NCBI GenBank assembly: GCA_016219925.1
Contig: JACRJU010000012.1
Coordinates: forward strand, 6,723-70,722
DNA length: 64,000 nt
Source: Candidatus Uhrbacteria bacterium
Lineage (GTDB): Bacteria; Patescibacteriota; Patescibacteriia; UBA9934; GWF2-40-263
Reading direction: 5' to 3'
Shown: positions 43,352-53,038 of the stretch, piece after piece
Numbering within the stretch: the stretch's first letter is position 1
How the letters are laid out: each line of letters starts with the position of its first letter
Notes under the pieces: model-generated
What the model saw: the letters and a program-made list of their open reading frames with translations, nothing else
Databases searched by the model: none
Told to the model about the DNA's origin: nothing
Made by a program: the position numbers and the translations under genes

Positions 43352-44053
43352 CTAAAGTGTCACGTATCGGTCGTTCCACTCTGCCAAGATGAGCTCCGCT
43401 AAGCGAAGTTCGTCCTGTGTATGGATGTCCACGGTCATATTGAGATCATCAAATTCGTGAATGCACACATGGGGACCCAGTCGTTCGCCTTGGGCCATGT
43501 AGGTGGCTTTCGTACAGGTGATGAGTCCACTATAACAGATGTAGATTTGATCGGGCTTGAGTTGGCGTACGGTGAATCCACTGTCCAGACGTTGGAGACC
43601 TTCCATCGTTCGTCTCCAAACGGACTTATGTTCACGCACGCCACTGATGACTGAATCGAATCCACCTAAGAGCATCGCATCAATGGCTTCGTCCAAAAAA
43701 GCAGGTGGTCGCACAGGCCGTGTCGGATCGACAAAACAGATGTACTCGATGGAGGGGTCTTGTTCTAGGAGGATATTGGTCATATAGGCGAATGTATCCT
43801 CAAGGCGAATGTGATCCTGTGTGAGGGTTTCCGGAAGCAAACAAGGAATTTCGGCTCCATACGAAGCAGCGATATCCGCAATTTGTGAGTCATCCGTGGC
43901 GACAATAATACGCCCAATCCGATTGGATCTTTTTGCAGCAGCGATCGCGTACGCAATGAGAGGATGACCATGAAGGGATTGAAGGTTCTTTTTCATCAGA
44001 CCTTTTGAACCACCTCGGGCCGGGACGATCGCAACAATATTTGGAGTCTTCAT
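43352..44053 (-). CDS. acylneuraminate (nonulosonate/CMP-Kdo-type) cytidylyltransferase
   Basis: 233 aa; N-terminal IVAIVPARGGSKGLMKKN motif and the C-terminal dimerisation region typical of NeuA/KdsB-family CMP-sugar synthetases. Confidence 0.75.
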   Translation of the reverse strand: MKTPNIVAIVPARGGSKGLMKKNLQSLHGHPLIAYAIAAAKRSNRIGRIIVATDDSQIADIAASYGAEIPCLLPETLTQDHIRLEDTFAYMTNILLEQDPSIEYICFVDPTRPVRPPAFLDEAIDAMLLGGFDSVISGVREHKSVWRRTMEGLQRLDSGFTVRQLKPDQIYICYSGLITCTKATYMAQGERLGPHVCIHEFDDLNMTVDIHTQDELRLAELILAEWNDRYVTL

Positions 44054-45459
44054 AGACCGATCTCATGACGTTTGAAGAATAGATGTTTTGCCATTTCCCG
44101 TTGGGTATCTTCTTGAATATCCAAAAGGGAGAGTGCATGGTCAAGTTGAACAACGGCAACGGATTCACCGAGTCGAGCGCCGGCATGAATGAAGGTGGTT
44201 TTCGTGATGCAACCCAGACCCGTGTATCCCATCCAAAGCGGATCTTTCTGTGCGTGTTTCACAAAGCCACTATCCTTGCGAGCGAAGATTCCATCTTCCA
44301 ATGCCCATACAGCTCGGTACTCTTTTTTGGCGACAAAGACCGAATCTTCCTTTTCAATCAAAGATTTTTTGATGAGAGCATCTATTAGTTCAGCGGTCCG
44401 GAACACGTGGGTTCCCTTAAAAAAGAGTACATGAGAAGGGGTAAATCCGCAGGACACTTCCTCTTGTGCGAGCGTGGTCTGTAAGACTTCTTCTAAGGAA
44501 GCCGTTGGGCCATTAAACATTGGGGTCAAATAAAAGAACGTTTTGAATCCGTGCAGACGTGCCCGTTCAAGGGCTACTGGATGTTTGCTTGCCACAACGA
44601 CTCGACGGACGAGAGTGGCACGCGCAATCTCACCAAGGACGTGATCTAAGAACGACTGGTCTGACCCGTAGGGAGTTTCGAGTAAAAGCTCGGTATCTTC
44701 GTCACTCAACGGCAGGATGGTGAGGATCTGTTGTGCGCCATCCCAAGCAAGTTGTCGATCTACTTCTTGAGAGGAGACGGAAGAGGGTTCCAGTTGTTCT
44801 AAAATTCTGACGGTTGTTTCACATCGACCAACGTTCCCATATTGGTGAATACCATGATGATGGTAAACACAGGCCTCCGGTTCGTACACGACGGCGAACC
44901 CGCGTTCTTGTACAGCCTTCGTCCATAGCCGGTCTTCAATATTGGTTGCGGTCTCGTCAAACGGGGTGTGTTCCCAGACACCGCGGCGAATGATGGAGTT
45001 TGCATTATGGAAAAAGTTATCCTTCCGCTGGATTTTCTTCTCTGGCCCGAACGTAATGAGGAGGTCGCGTTTATCAAACGGAGAAGATTCTGGAAGAGGA
45101 AGTTGACGCCCATAGACCCCGGCGATCTGGTTGTCCTGTGAAAGGGTGGTGACAAGTTGTTCGAGCCATGTGGAATCCGCTGGGACAGCATGGGCAGACA
45201 AGAGAACCAAAAAAGACCCTTGTGAAGCACGGATGCCAGCGTTGAGGGCTTGCCCGGGGCGATACGGGGAGACTTCATGGGAGATCATTTGGCAGGGAAA
45301 TTTCTTTGCAATTTCAAGCGTGCGATCCGTCGACCCCGTGTCAACCACAATCACTTCACGATTCTGATAGGTCTGGGTTTCGATGGCGCTGAGTGTACGT
45401 CCGATCCAGGCCTCCTCGTTCTTGGTTCGGATGATGATGGAGACGAGCGATTGGGTCAT
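44050..45459 (-). CDS. bifunctional protein: N-terminal GT2 glycosyltransferase fused to a C-terminal NeuA/KdsB-like cytidylyltransferase domain
   Basis: N-terminus [10 protein letters not shown]...VVDTGSTD (GT2). The C-terminal ~230 aa align by eye with the neighbouring NeuA-like protein (…[49 protein letters not shown] versus …KPDQIYICYSGLITCTKATYMAQGERLGPHVCIHEFDDLNMTVDIHTQDE). Confidence 0.6.
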   Translation of the reverse strand: MTQSLVSIIIRTKNEEAWIGRTLSAIETQTYQNREVIVVDTGSTDRTLEIAKKFPCQMISHEVSPYRPGQALNAGIRASQGSFLVLLSAHAVPADSTWLEQLVTTLSQDNQIAGVYGRQLPLPESSPFDKRDLLITFGPEKKIQRKDNFFHNANSIIRRGVWEHTPFDETATNIEDRLWTKAVQERGFAVVYEPEACVYHHHGIHQYGNVGRCETTVRILEQLEPSSVSSQEVDRQLAWDGAQQILTILPLSDEDTELLLETPYGSDQSFLDHVLGEIARATLVRRVVVASKHPVALERARLHGFKTFFYLTPMFNGPTASLEEVLQTTLAQEEVSCGFTPSHVLFFKGTHVFRTAELIDALIKKSLIEKEDSVFVAKKEYRAVWALEDGIFARKDSGFVKHAQKDPLWMGYTGLGCITKTTFIHAGARLGESVAVVQLDHALSLLDIQEDTQREMAKHLFFKRHEIGL

Positions 45460-46382
45460 AGCGTCCTGCCAACGGCTGGTGCGATAGATCGTACATCCTT
45501 CATGAGTGTGTTGAATGCTTCAAAATTTAGGGCCTGGAGCGGATCTACCCACGCCACTTCGGGGGTAGGATGAACGTCGATCAGAAGTCCATCAGCACCC
45601 CCAGCAATCGCCGCGCGGCTCATGGCGCACACATACGATCGTTTGAAGGTTGAATGACTTGGGTCGGCGATGACTGGAATCGTTGGAGCGTATTCGTTCA
45701 GAGCGACGATGGCTTGGATATCCAAGATGGCTCGTGAGGCCGTGTTGTGTGTATGAGGGACGGCCACCCCGCGTTCACACACGACGATATTGGTTTTTCC
45801 TCGAGCGTAAAAATGTTCCACCACCCCCAAGAGACTTCGAATGGATTCACCGGCATGGCGCTTTAAGAGCACGGGTTTGGAGGTGTGACACAGACGGTAG
45901 AGCAAGTCCATGTTAAACATCGATCGATAGCCAACTTGGTACATGTCGACATACGGCTCCATCAAGTCGATCGCGTCGGCAAAGGTGGGTTCTGAAACGA
46001 TCGGGAGCCCCACGGATTTTCCTGCCTCCGCAAAATAGACAAATCGTGATTCTGCGCGTTCGAGGACTTCTTTTTTTGAAAGAATGTGGGTGCGTGGCAG
46101 ATCTTCTCCGTCACTTCCCGCGTCCGCAAGCAGCAAAGGATCTCCATACGGAAAGGTGAGAGGTTTGAATACGCCACCTCGTAAGATTGTCGCCCCCGCA
46201 TCTTTTACTGCCTTGGCGATGGCGAACACCTGTTCGCGACTTTCGACCGTGCACGGTCCGGCCATAATCGTGAGGGTCTCTCCGCCGACTTGTGTATTCC
46301 CAACAATCACAGGACGTTTGGATCCCTGAACATTCGAGAGAGGGAGGTTATTTTGAAGATCTGTTTCGCTGATGTCCTTCAT
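45456..46382 (-). CDS. 3-deoxy-7-phosphoheptulonate (DAHP) synthase, type I-beta / KDO8P-synthase family
   Basis: 308 aa; motifs [19 protein letters not shown](L)T(F)PY, CERGV and ADPSHS match I-beta DAHPS better than KdsA; start overlaps the upstream stop. Confidence 0.6.
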   Translation of the reverse strand: MKDISETDLQNNLPLSNVQGSKRPVIVGNTQVGGETLTIMAGPCTVESREQVFAIAKAVKDAGATILRGGVFKPLTFPYGDPLLLADAGSDGEDLPRTHILSKKEVLERAESRFVYFAEAGKSVGLPIVSEPTFADAIDLMEPYVDMYQVGYRSMFNMDLLYRLCHTSKPVLLKRHAGESIRSLLGVVEHFYARGKTNIVVCERGVAVPHTHNTASRAILDIQAIVALNEYAPTIPVIADPSHSTFKRSYVCAMSRAAIAGGADGLLIDVHPTPEVAWVDPLQALNFEAFNTLMKDVRSIAPAVGRTL

Positions 46383-46391
46383 AGCATGTGG

Positions 46392-47306
46392 TTAGACAGA
46401 TGACATGATAGTTTTTACGGAGGTCTGTGGAACTGGGTTCCTCATCCCCGAGGCCGCTTTTTCAAAGGCGATAACGGCTTGTTTGAGATTCATCTCTTTT
46501 CCGTTGAGTGTGTGTGCTCCGTGTTCACGGGCGAAGCGCAAGAGAGGAGTTTCCAGAGGCTGGTAGATGACATCAAAGACGAAATTGGTCGGGCGCAGGG
46601 ATGCCAGGGCCTCAACATCGATCGGCGACTGATTTTCTTGTCCAGATCCGTTGAAACCCAGCGTGGTAGCATTCACGATGATATCAGCATGGGCAACGAC
46701 TTCCGAAGAGATCGGCCAGGCAACGACTGCTGTTGGACAGATAGACTCCACTTTTTGTTGGAACGCCCTGGCGGTATCCAACGTCCGATTGGCGATAAGA
46801 AGTTTTCCTTGTGAGCCGATTGCTCGCGCGAGATATACCCCGACGGCTTGCCCAGCCCCGCCGAGTCCCATGAGCAGAACGGTTTTTCCTGCGATCGGTC
46901 CGGCGTGGAATTCGAGACTCTCTCGTGCAGCCGCTCCATCCGTATTTGCGCCCACAAGCCTTCCGTCTCGACGGTAGAGGGCATTGACGGCACCAATCAA
47001 CCGAGCTTCTTTTTCAACCTCGTCCAAAAAAGCACTTATCGTCTGTTTGTGTGGTGTGGTCACGGCTCCTCCGACAAATCGTAGGTCGTTTTTGAGTTCC
47101 TTAACGACCTCGTGGAGATATTCAGGGGCAACATCCATTGCGTGCATCTTGGCCGAGATCCCCAGGCCTGCGAATGCGGCATTCCACAGAAGGGGAGAGC
47201 GAGCGCCTTTGGAAGGGTGTGCCCCCAAGATGGCCGCATAGGAAGTTGTGGCATCAAGGTCGAGCGTCTCTCGGTTCTCTACATGCGTGAGTATAACCTG
47301 CGCCAT
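46392..47306 (-). CDS. aroE: shikimate/quinate dehydrogenase family (AroE-like)
   Basis: 304 aa; SKSP-type substrate motif (HPSKGARSPLLWNAAF), VTTPHK, GAVNAL, GANTDG and the GAGG NADP-binding motif. Confidence 0.7.
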   Translation of the reverse strand: MAQVILTHVENRETLDLDATTSYAAILGAHPSKGARSPLLWNAAFAGLGISAKMHAMDVAPEYLHEVVKELKNDLRFVGGAVTTPHKQTISAFLDEVEKEARLIGAVNALYRRDGRLVGANTDGAAARESLEFHAGPIAGKTVLLMGLGGAGQAVGVYLARAIGSQGKLLIANRTLDTARAFQQKVESICPTAVVAWPISSEVVAHADIIVNATTLGFNGSGQENQSPIDVEALASLRPTNFVFDVIYQPLETPLLRFAREHGAHTLNGKEMNLKQAVIAFEKAASGMRNPVPQTSVKTIMSSV

Positions 47307-47309
47307 AGG

Positions 47310-48380
47310 TTAGGTTGAGGGATTCCCCAAGCGAGCCGAACGAACTTGTTCATTCACAGGTACCCACGCGTGGTCTTCCGCACTTTTATACAAGGCGTGG
47401 ACGATGCGAACACTTGCAAGCGCGTCCGCGGGAGTGACAGGGGGATCGATGCGTCCAGCATTGAGTCGGTCAAATGTTTCCTGGAGCAAAGGGCCATGCG
47501 AGAGACCATATCCATTCGGAACGGCTTGCGAGTAGGTGCTGGGAGTTTCTTCATCCCCAGCCTGCTTGTGTGTGAACACCCATCCAACGATGGTGTTAAG
47601 TGCGACGCCGCTAATCTGGGCGGACCCGTGTTCCCCCACAATAGAGAGAGAGGCCTCTTTGTCTTCCGGCCGAGCGGCGGTTGTGACTTCAATCGTGCCA
47701 AGTCCGCCGTGTTCAAATCGGACAAGGGCAACGGTCGTGTCTTCAGCTTCAAGTCGGTTGAGGGCATTTTGTTGTGCGCTTACCACCTCCTTGATCGGGC
47801 CACAGATCCATTGCAGGGCATCGATGTGGTGGATAGCTTGTTGGCTGATGACCCCACCGTCCATCTTCCACGTCCCATGCCATCCATCCTCATAGTAATC
47901 TTGATAGCGGCACCAAATCACACGAGCGCTTCCTAAAACTTGTTTTCCAAAACGACCAGAATCCACGGTCTGTTTAAGATGGGCGATTGCGGGGTTGAAT
48001 CGGTTCTGTTTAATCGCGGCGTACATCAGTTTTTTTTGTGCGGCCAAGGCGATGTTCTCTTTGACCTCCTGAGGAAGCAGGCCAATGGGTTTTTCCACGA
48101 TCACGTGTTTCCCGGCGTTCAGAGCCTCACGCGCATGTACACCATGTTTTCCTGATTCTGTGAGAACGAGCATCACGTCGACATTAGGGTTTTGGAGTAT
48201 TTCGTTGAGGTCGTACACAGCGGTAGCTCCAAGGCGTTGAGCCATCGCATCCGCCTTTTCTTTTACGAGGTCACAGGTGGAAACAACCTGTACCCCATGT
48301 ATTCCTTTTTCGAGAAATTGAGCAATGTGGCTGGCGACCCGACCACATCCAAGAAGGGCCAAACGTTGCATAGTTTTCAA
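47310..48380 (-). CDS. Gfo/Idh/MocA-family NAD(P)-dependent oxidoreductase
   Basis: 356 aa; N-terminal Rossmann LALLGCGRVASHIAQ, EKP motif (HVIVEKPIGL) and the C-terminal alpha/beta domain. Confidence 0.75.
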   Translation of the reverse strand: MKTMQRLALLGCGRVASHIAQFLEKGIHGVQVVSTCDLVKEKADAMAQRLGATAVYDLNEILQNPNVDVMLVLTESGKHGVHAREALNAGKHVIVEKPIGLLPQEVKENIALAAQKKLMYAAIKQNRFNPAIAHLKQTVDSGRFGKQVLGSARVIWCRYQDYYEDGWHGTWKMDGGVISQQAIHHIDALQWICGPIKEVVSAQQNALNRLEAEDTTVALVRFEHGGLGTIEVTTAARPEDKEASLSIVGEHGSAQISGVALNTIVGWVFTHKQAGDEETPSTYSQAVPNGYGLSHGPLLQETFDRLNAGRIDPPVTPADALASVRIVHALYKSAEDHAWVPVNEQVRSARLGNPST

Positions 48381-48437
48381 TTAAAAAGCAGGATCATCTT
48401 GCCATAATGTCCTGCTACGGTCAAAGAGTTCTCAGGA

Positions 48438-50216
48438 TCATTCTAAGACGCTCATGCGGGAAAAATAAGAGTTTGAATTCTGAAGGAGCTCCTGTGGAGT
48501 TCCTTCTTCTCCTATACATCCATCTGTCATGGCCAAGACTCGATCCGCCGTGCTTAAAAGGGAAAGACGATGCGTCACCATGATGATAGTGACCGTCCCC
48601 TTGAGTGAGCGAATAGTTTCATGGATTCGTTTTTCGGAATCGTTATCAAGGGCGCTCGTTGCTTCGTCGAGAATCAGGAGCTCTGGTCGGCACGCGAGCG
48701 CGCGAGCCAAGACGACTCGTTGTCGCTGTCCCGTTGAGAGACCAGCACCGAATTCACCAATCTCTGTATCCAAACCGTCTTTCAGCGTCTGGACGAACTC
48801 ATCGACGTGGGCCAGGCTTACCGCCCACGCCACGTCTTCGTCACTGACGGTTTCGTCATAAAAGCGAATGTTTTGTCGGATGGTTCCACGAACAAGAAAC
48901 AGATCCTGGGGGACATAGGCGACTTTTTTTCTCCATTGGTTCACGTCGATTTCCTGAATGGGTTGTTGATCTATCGTGATCTCGCCGGCTTGTGGGGTGA
49001 TGAGTCGTAGCAGGAGGTCTACGAGAGTGGTCTTCCCGGACCCGGACGGTCCAATGATGCCAACTGCTTCTCCTTTTTTGACCCGGAAGGTAATTTCAGA
49101 CAGAGTTTGTTTTTCTTCCGAGTAGTTGAAACGAATATGTTGACAGATAAGTTCCTTCTGGAAGAGAAATGGGTTTTGGCCAGACGGATATTCTTTGTGT
49201 GTTTCGGCGAGACTTCGGTAGTGCAGATTGCTCTCAAGGTGGGGAATTTGGTCGCTGATTTTTTGAACCTTGTCTTGTATGGCCTCGATATTTTTGAAAA
49301 TTTGGTGAACCAGATACATCGTGACGGCGAATGCGCTGAATTGAAAGTTCGATAATTTGTAGACGAGGGCAAATATGATCAGAACAAAGATGACAATGGC
49401 CGGCTGAGAAAAGATCGTCCCCAGTCCCGAGTAGACGAACAACTTGATGCGAGCCATTTTAAGTGCGCGAAAAATGTCGTCCGAGGAATCGATGACGAGG
49501 GAGGGGGTGGCACGTGTTTTGAATGATTTGATGCCGATGAGAGTCTGGTTGATCATGTGGGCAATCCGCTTGTTGTTTTCCGTGAATGTTCGGGAGATGG
49601 AGGCTGTTTTTCGATAGATCGGTTTGAACGCGAAGAAGAAGACGGCGCCTCCAGTCAGGGCGGTCAGTGTCACGGACCAGGAGATGCTCAGTGCAATGAG
49701 TGAGTAGATGATGAGGTTTGTTATAGCCAAGATGGCATTGCTAGAGTTTTTCAGAAGAGCGGTCGACGTGGCGATGTCCGAGGTCATGACTTGATCTAGG
49801 TATCCAATTTTTTGGTGGGTAAGGAAGAGCCAATCGGCTTGAAGGAGCTTTTTAAAGAGCGCGGAACGCTCGGTATATTCATACGCCGCGGTTATTCTGG
49901 CATTGATATAATGAAACAGAAAGAGCAAACCTGCTTTGAGGACGAAGAGCGTCGAAATAAAGAGGAAGAGATTTTTGACGGTAAGGGCGATATGGAGGAA
50001 CGAAAAAAAGTCGGTAATGTTTTCTGTGATGAAGTTTGCTTGGATGGAGGCATCCTGGAGGACAATCCCCAAGAGGGGGATCAGGGCGTTAATCCCGACT
50101 CCTTCCAGAAGGGCTCCGAAAATTCCCAGGAGGACCAGGACAGCCAGTTTTTTTTTGTAGCGCTTAAATCCACTTAGGATTACGCGGATAAGGTGGGGGA
50201 GAGCAGATGATTTCAT
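48438..50216 (-). CDS. ABC exporter, fused permease + ATPase (MsbA/PglK-like lipid or lipid-linked-glycan flippase type)
   Basis: 592 aa; 6 TM then Walker A GPSGSGKTT, LSTGQRQR signature, Walker B ILILDEATSALD. Confidence 0.8.
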   Translation of the reverse strand: MKSSALPHLIRVILSGFKRYKKKLAVLVLLGIFGALLEGVGINALIPLLGIVLQDASIQANFITENITDFFSFLHIALTVKNLFLFISTLFVLKAGLLFLFHYINARITAAYEYTERSALFKKLLQADWLFLTHQKIGYLDQVMTSDIATSTALLKNSSNAILAITNLIIYSLIALSISWSVTLTALTGGAVFFFAFKPIYRKTASISRTFTENNKRIAHMINQTLIGIKSFKTRATPSLVIDSSDDIFRALKMARIKLFVYSGLGTIFSQPAIVIFVLIIFALVYKLSNFQFSAFAVTMYLVHQIFKNIEAIQDKVQKISDQIPHLESNLHYRSLAETHKEYPSGQNPFLFQKELICQHIRFNYSEEKQTLSEITFRVKKGEAVGIIGPSGSGKTTLVDLLLRLITPQAGEITIDQQPIQEIDVNQWRKKVAYVPQDLFLVRGTIRQNIRFYDETVSDEDVAWAVSLAHVDEFVQTLKDGLDTEIGEFGAGLSTGQRQRVVLARALACRPELLILDEATSALDNDSEKRIHETIRSLKGTVTIIMVTHRLSLLSTADRVLAMTDGCIGEEGTPQELLQNSNSYFSRMSVLE

Positions 50217-50220
50217 AGGG

Positions 50221-51297
50221 TCAAGCGGGGATTTCTTTGAGGGGCTGTAGAGCTTGTATTGGAAGTAGATGCTTGAGCATACTCAATCCCCAGACAAACA
50301 TCACGGTACCATGAATATCTGGTTCGTTCAGACCGAGGCTTACCTTTGCGCTGTAATAGCGTTCATTTGCCCGACCTTGATGAAATGAGAAGCCACCAAG
50401 TTCAGAATAAAAATAGGCTCGCCATTGGTCGAGTGCTTCCAGGCAGAACGACTGGAGATCTTCCTGTCGGTAGCGGCCGTCGAGGAGTTGGTTGCTGTGA
50501 CGTAGAACGAAGACTTGATTTATTTGGTCACAGGCGTCGTCCGTGTTGTAAGTATGTTTGGTCAGACACAGGTCGATGAGACGATCGGGGTGATCAAAGG
50601 GGAGGGGGTCAACCATAAGTCCCGAGATCACCTTCATAGCCCCATTGATTTTTTGGCGGTGCGATGGATTCCCCACGTACCACGCGCCGTCCTTATGCTG
50701 GAGAGAGGCGATAAACGTGACGGCGGTATCTCGTGCTTGTCGGTACGTTGCTTCGTCGATTCGATTCGCCTTTCGCATCAGCGTAAGAAAAAACATCAGA
50801 TGGCTAAAATGACTTCCCGCGCCCCAAGGGTGAGACCAATCCAGACGGGAGAGGAATCGGTGAATGTCTGCAGGAGTCGTTGGGACATCGGTGAGGATGT
50901 GTTTTGGAATGACATCGTAAAGAAGCAGGGCACAGTAGGCTTGTCTGGTTTCCGCGCGAATGTATCCAGCGTTCCCTAAATTATGAAGGTCCCCTCGTTT
51001 CAAGTTCGATAAGACATGGCGCACGAGCCTTCTTCTTGCGACGAATGGATCAGAGAAGGTTCCATCAGATTGTTGAAAGGAAAGAATTCGATCGATCGTG
51101 GGTTGGATCTTGGACGGATCTGTTTCTCCAAACATCGCAAAGAGTTTGAGCGCGAAGACGCTTCCGGCCAGATTTGATCTGGCGTAATTCGTGAACACAT
51201 CACTTGTCAGTGAGTAACGATAGTATCCATCCGTTTCGTGGAGCTTCTCAAGGAAGGATAGTGTTTTTGGTTTAAGCATGCTCAGCCAGTCTGTCAT
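50221..51297 (-). CDS. alpha/alpha-toroid protein with QxxDG(x)W-type repeats (prenyltransferase/terpene-cyclase-like or glycoside-hydrolase-like fold), hypothetical
   Basis: 358 aa; FQQSDGTF and LQHKDGAWY motifs; no signal peptide. Confidence 0.35.
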   Translation of the reverse strand: MTDWLSMLKPKTLSFLEKLHETDGYYRYSLTSDVFTNYARSNLAGSVFALKLFAMFGETDPSKIQPTIDRILSFQQSDGTFSDPFVARRRLVRHVLSNLKRGDLHNLGNAGYIRAETRQAYCALLLYDVIPKHILTDVPTTPADIHRFLSRLDWSHPWGAGSHFSHLMFFLTLMRKANRIDEATYRQARDTAVTFIASLQHKDGAWYVGNPSHRQKINGAMKVISGLMVDPLPFDHPDRLIDLCLTKHTYNTDDACDQINQVFVLRHSNQLLDGRYRQEDLQSFCLEALDQWRAYFYSELGGFSFHQGRANERYYSAKVSLGLNEPDIHGTVMFVWGLSMLKHLLPIQALQPLKEIPA

Positions 51298-52430
51298 AGA
51301 GTTGTTCCTTTCGTGTTGAGATGAGAAACAATCGCAAACAGATTGTTTACATACCGATTCCAGGTAAGGTGCATGAGGGCAGTCCGTCGTGCATAGATCC
51401 CAACTTCAGCTCTTCGTTCTGGGTGCTCGATCAGAAAGAGCATCGCCGTAAGGAGTTCGAGTTCATCTTCGGGTTTCACCAAAAAACAATTTATCCCGTT
51501 TTGTAAGTGGTAGCCATTTTTTATGGCCCCTGTTTGGCTCACAAGAACTGACTTACCCATTGCCATACCTTGAAGAAGAGTTGTGGTTCCGCCAGAGTAA
51601 GAGTTTTCCTTCAATGGAATAACGACAAAGAGTGCTTGTGCGATGAGGGTCTTTACTTCTGGAAAAGGAATATCCGTCATGGTTCGGATATTTTTTGGGA
51701 GAGTTCTCCAGGTTTGCTTCAGTTGGGCTAATCGTCGTGCGGTCGTCACAATGAGGATATCGCTGGGGATTTTATTGGCGATTTTGACGAGGAGATCAAA
51801 GTCCCTATTTGGATCTGCTCCGATGCAAAGGATAAACGTATCGGATGCTTTTGTGGGTGTAGGTTTGAAGTAGTTTGTATCTACCCCAAATGGGATAAAG
51901 GTAATCGCTGAAGCCATGGAAGGAAGGAGCTGTTGTAATTTTTCTTTTTCTTCAAACCCGTAACAGATGATTTTGTTTACGCATCTTTTGAAGGCGGCTC
52001 TGTACAATTTTGGCATGCCGTATCGGAGTTGTTGGAGTCGTTCCAGTAACCCGATGCTGATATAGATAATAGGTCGTCTTGGGATAACTCGAGCGTAAGT
52101 CAAAAGGACAAGAGGGAGTCCGACCCGGTCAGCCGTCGAGAGGACAACATCAGAGTTCGCGATACGCCTTCGAAGCTTGATCACTTTGTACCAAGACCCT
52201 CCGACTCCCCCCAAGACAGACCAGCAGATGTTTATAAATCGGTCTGTAATCCTCCCGAAGATTCCTTTCTCAATTTTTTCGCAGATGTCGAAATCGTTTA
52301 CCGTCTCATGGCCATAATTTGACGCGACATCCATTCCATAATGATCATAAAATTGTCCGACAAATCGACCATCGTTTCTTCGCGTTGGTTTTCGTAAGGT
52401 GGAATTTGGAAACAGATAGAAAATTTTCAT
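51294..52430 (-). CDS. glycosyltransferase, GT-B fold (family-1/4-like)
   Basis: 378 aa; C-terminal GGTTTLLQGMAMGKSVLVSQ donor-binding-type motif; overlaps neighbours by 4 nt. Confidence 0.55.
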   Translation of the reverse strand: MKIFYLFPNSTLRKPTRRNDGRFVGQFYDHYGMDVASNYGHETVNDFDICEKIEKGIFGRITDRFINICWSVLGGVGGSWYKVIKLRRRIANSDVVLSTADRVGLPLVLLTYARVIPRRPIIYISIGLLERLQQLRYGMPKLYRAAFKRCVNKIICYGFEEKEKLQQLLPSMASAITFIPFGVDTNYFKPTPTKASDTFILCIGADPNRDFDLLVKIANKIPSDILIVTTARRLAQLKQTWRTLPKNIRTMTDIPFPEVKTLIAQALFVVIPLKENSYSGGTTTLLQGMAMGKSVLVSQTGAIKNGYHLQNGINCFLVKPEDELELLTAMLFLIEHPERRAEVGIYARRTALMHLTWNRYVNNLFAIVSHLNTKGTTL

Positions 52431-53038
52431 ACTTTCTCCGCCACGATCTTCATCATCATCGTTTTATCATGGTGCGGAAAGTCATACTCCTGTTCCAGGA
52501 TATGAGTGAACCCTACATCCTGTAGAAGTAATTTGTATCTTTCAAAATCAACAATGCACAAGTGTATATCATATTCATCCTTGAGTGCGCCATGGAGATA
52601 CCGAAGAACCATATCGTCACAGCCGTTGATGTGGTAGTAGGAAACTATTTTTTTAAGTGACGGGATTCCTAGTTCAACTATTCCATGTGTTTTTAACACG
52701 CGATTGAACTCCCCTAATATTTTTTTTGAATCGACGATATTAAAATGCTCTAAGGTTGCAATAGAGACGATGTTATCGATTGATTCTGTTTCAAAAGGAA
52801 GGGGGTTGTGAAGATTGGTTACAACATCAACGGTTGGATAGTCCAGGATATCGACATTGAGATATTTCGGATTCAGGGGATGTTTTCCCCCACAAATTTC
52901 AAGAACTTTTTTTTCTTCATTTTGAAACATCCTAAGTTTATAGGTACGTTTCAAGCGAACAACGTTTCGGCTAATTGGATTCTTGGAGGCAAGGATAGAG
53001 AGAAGACTCTTTTTTAGGACTGTGAAGAATTTTTTCAT
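52427..53038 (-). CDS. class I SAM-dependent methyltransferase (Methyltransf_11/23-like)
   Basis: 203 aa; VLEICGG SAM motif, acidic motif II, VSIATLEH motif. Confidence 0.6.
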   Translation of the reverse strand: MKKFFTVLKKSLLSILASKNPISRNVVRLKRTYKLRMFQNEEKKVLEICGGKHPLNPKYLNVDILDYPTVDVVTNLHNPLPFETESIDNIVSIATLEHFNIVDSKKILGEFNRVLKTHGIVELGIPSLKKIVSYYHINGCDDMVLRYLHGALKDEYDIHLCIVDFERYKLLLQDVGFTHILEQEYDFPHHDKTMMMKIVAEKV

